Shown here piece after piece: positions 60,201 to 62,000 of a DNA stretch of 62,000 nucleotides. A program made the translations under genes and the position numbers. This stretch comes from Lama guanicoe. Lineage: Eukaryota. The notes under the pieces were generated by a model. The model was given only the letters and a program-made list of their open reading frames with translations. It had not been told where the DNA came from and made no database searches. The stretch is taken from assembly GCA_013239625.1 (NCBI GenBank), contig MU053156.1, positions 124,467 through 186,466 of the forward strand. The letters run 5' to 3'. Position 1 is the first letter of the stretch. Each line of letters opens with the position of its first letter.

Positions 60201-61515
60201 GGCTGGCGGACTCCTGGGCCTGGAGGTGCAGTCACAGGGATTCCTGGGGGCTGAGGCCGTCCTGCACCTCCAGACCAGATCCACAGAGCTGTGTGCGCAG
60301 AGGCTACGGAAAGGGGGCAATGGGTTCTCCTGGGCCCAGGGGGGCCTGCCCAAGCTGCCCACTCTGAGCCTGAGGGCCTTAGAGCTCAGATGTGCCTGCA
60401 TCCACTGTGCAGAGGGACAAACTGCCAGGGCTCACGTTGGGTGGGGGCAGTGCCAGGGAGCCCAGGCCCCAGGGCTTCCTAGAAGAAGGGATGGACATGT
60501 GGGAGGACCCAGCTGAGGAGGGGTCGGGCCAGGCGAGGGCGCCCCCCACCACAGCACCCGGACTCTGCCCCGGGCCGGGGCTGGGAGGGTCTGAGCCCCG
60601 TCCGCGGGCGCAGAGTGGTTGGGTGAGGGAGCTGGGGGCCTGCTTGCTAAGCACACCCCCCTCCCTTCCTCCTCCCCAGGACTTCTGGAGTCCTGGCCGC
60701 CCCCACGGCCATCTGGCTCCACCAGCAACACTCCCTCACTCCCTCCCCAACTCACTATGTGTTCCTCCCTCTTCCTGCTCCCTCAGGCCCTTGCCCTGAG
60801 GGGGATGCTGGGATGGCCACATGGCCTCTTCTCTTTTGTTCCTGAGTCCTCAGCCCAGGCCTTGAGAAAACGAATGTGTGCGTATTTTTGCCTGCGCTGT
60901 GTGTGCTCTGTGTGAGCACACGTGTGCGTGCATGTGTGCATGTGGTGTGGGATGGTACAGGCATGTCTGTGCTTCTGGCATGAGACCACAGGCCGTGATG
61001 TGAGGTGGCACGTGGTCCCTGTCAGGCTTCAGAGTGGGGGCAGCCTCACCTCCCAGCTCTTCACCAGGGCTACCCTAGCCCACCTGCACAGGGTCCTCCT
61101 GGACCTCAGGCTCCTCCTGGGACCACCTCAACCCACATGGGAGCTGGCGGCAGCTGGGGCTGGGCTGGCACCTCTAGGGACTCTATGTGACCCCAGAGCA
61201 CATGTCCCCACAAAGGCAGCCTCATCTGGCTCCTATGGGCCTAGCACATGGTCTGTGCAGGACACATACCTCTCTCTGGACACCTTTGTCAACCCAGCCA
61301 GAAGGGAGGTGGTCAAGGTACACTGATGTCAGTGTTCACGGCCGGGGGTGGGGGCAGGCACCACAAATCCCTGGTGGCCATCAGGGGTGCTGCACCTCTT
61401 GGCAACTGTGCCCCGTCCTGAGCCTCCACGTGCCCATGCCTGGGGCAGGGCTGCACCTCCAGGGCCCGCCCGCCTCTCATGGCTCACAGCATCCCCAGCC
61501 TGAGACGCCATAGCT

Positions 61516-61792
61516 TAAGAAAAGAGCTCTTTATTCCACGTCGTCCGATATTTTTACACAAGTAAAATAAAATGCATATCTCTATATACCGCGATCCGGG
61601 CGGGAGGCGGCGTTCTGGAACAAACGCCCCTACCGCACCCTGTAAACATGATGGGGTGGAGACAGGAGGGGGTGGGCGGGCGGAAGGCATCCGTCAGGGA
61701 GGGTCTGCCACCGGTGCTGGCTGGTGGCGTGGAAGGGACCCCGTATGTACACACACCTGGCTGCTGGGGGGAGCCTCGTGGTTGGTGGCCGG
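61516..61792 (-). other. RTN4R: RTN4R 3'UTR
   Basis: Follows the stop codon. The minus strand ends ...GCGGTATATAGAGATATGCATTTTATTTTACTTGTGTAAAAATATCGGACGACGTGGAATAAAGAGCTCTTTTCTTAA, matching my recollection of the human RTN4R mRNA 3' end. Cleavage position ~61516 is inferred. Confidence 0.9.
61530..61535 (-). terminator. RTN4R: RTN4R polyadenylation signal AATAAA
   Basis: Plus-strand TTTATT at 61530-61535, with an upstream U-rich tract and UGUA (CFIm-type) element on the mRNA strand. Confidence 0.9.
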
Positions 61793-62000
61793 TCAGCAGG
61801 GCCTAAGCACCGTCCACAGCACCAGCGCGAGGCCCAGCGGGGCGAGGCTGCCGGCGAGGCCGGGCAGGGAGCCGGAGCCCTCCACCTCGCCAGCCCCGCC
61901 GCCCCCACTGCCCGCCTGGCCCAGACGGCACTGGCTGCGTGTGCGGTTCTTGCGGGAACAGCCCGGCCGCCGGCGAGGGCCAGTGGTGGGAGGGCCTGGG
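61793..62000 (-). CDS. RTN4R: RTN4R / Nogo-66 receptor 1, C-terminal part of the last coding exon (partial; continues beyond the window end)
   Basis: Manual minus-strand translation, in a frame absent from the ORF track because the start lies outside the window: ...[68 protein letters not shown], with stop TGA at 61795-61793. This matches the NgR1 stalk motif [22 protein letters not shown] and the hydrophobic GPI-signal tail as I recall them (human ends [14 protein letters not shown]). Confidence 0.97.
   Translation of the reverse strand, partial: PGPPTTGPRRRPGCSRKNRTRSQCRLGQAGSGGGGAGEVEGSGSLPGLAGSLAPLGLALVLWTVLRPC

Noticed and set aside
10599..61513. Hundreds of 60-360 aa ORFs in the track (e.g. 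33718..34800, 40251..41198, 29940..30788)
   Set aside because: Overlapping in all six frames, P/G/R/A/W-rich, no recognisable domain; expected from stop-codon scarcity in GC-rich DNA.
61630..61908. Track ORF overlapping the RTN4R end
   Set aside because: Wrong frame; the true RTN4R frame ends at 61793.

Overview
Mammalian genomic DNA, most likely camelid. This is inferred from two young L1 3' ends whose wording I recognise as camelid-type and from the absence of recognisable Alu, Bov-A, PRE-1 or SINEC elements. The only protein-coding gene I can support is the 3' end of RTN4R (Nogo-66 receptor NgR1) on the minus strand: 68 C-terminal codons plus stop at 61793-62000 and a complete 3'UTR with AATAAA at 61530-61535. 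This places 10.5-62 kb in the GC-rich intergenic interval downstream of RTN4R, syntenic to human 22q11.2. The left 10.4 kb is mostly AT-rich and repeat-dense (nested L1 fragments, three ERV LTRs, two N gaps) and contains a promoter-like CpG island with a 450-bp-period duplication. The GC-rich part has a ~760-bp (GTGAG/GTGTGAG)n array with about 30 AGGTGTGA T-box half-sites. It also has a dense set of young local duplications and templated insertions (14.5/15.3, 22.7-23.5, 26.4-31.5 and 57.1 kb) with microhomology and G4 junctions, and many short AT-rich homeodomain-motif islands that are candidate enhancers. The several hundred track ORFs are almost all GC-content artefacts. I see no new enzymatic or defence system; the most interesting signals are structural and regulatory.
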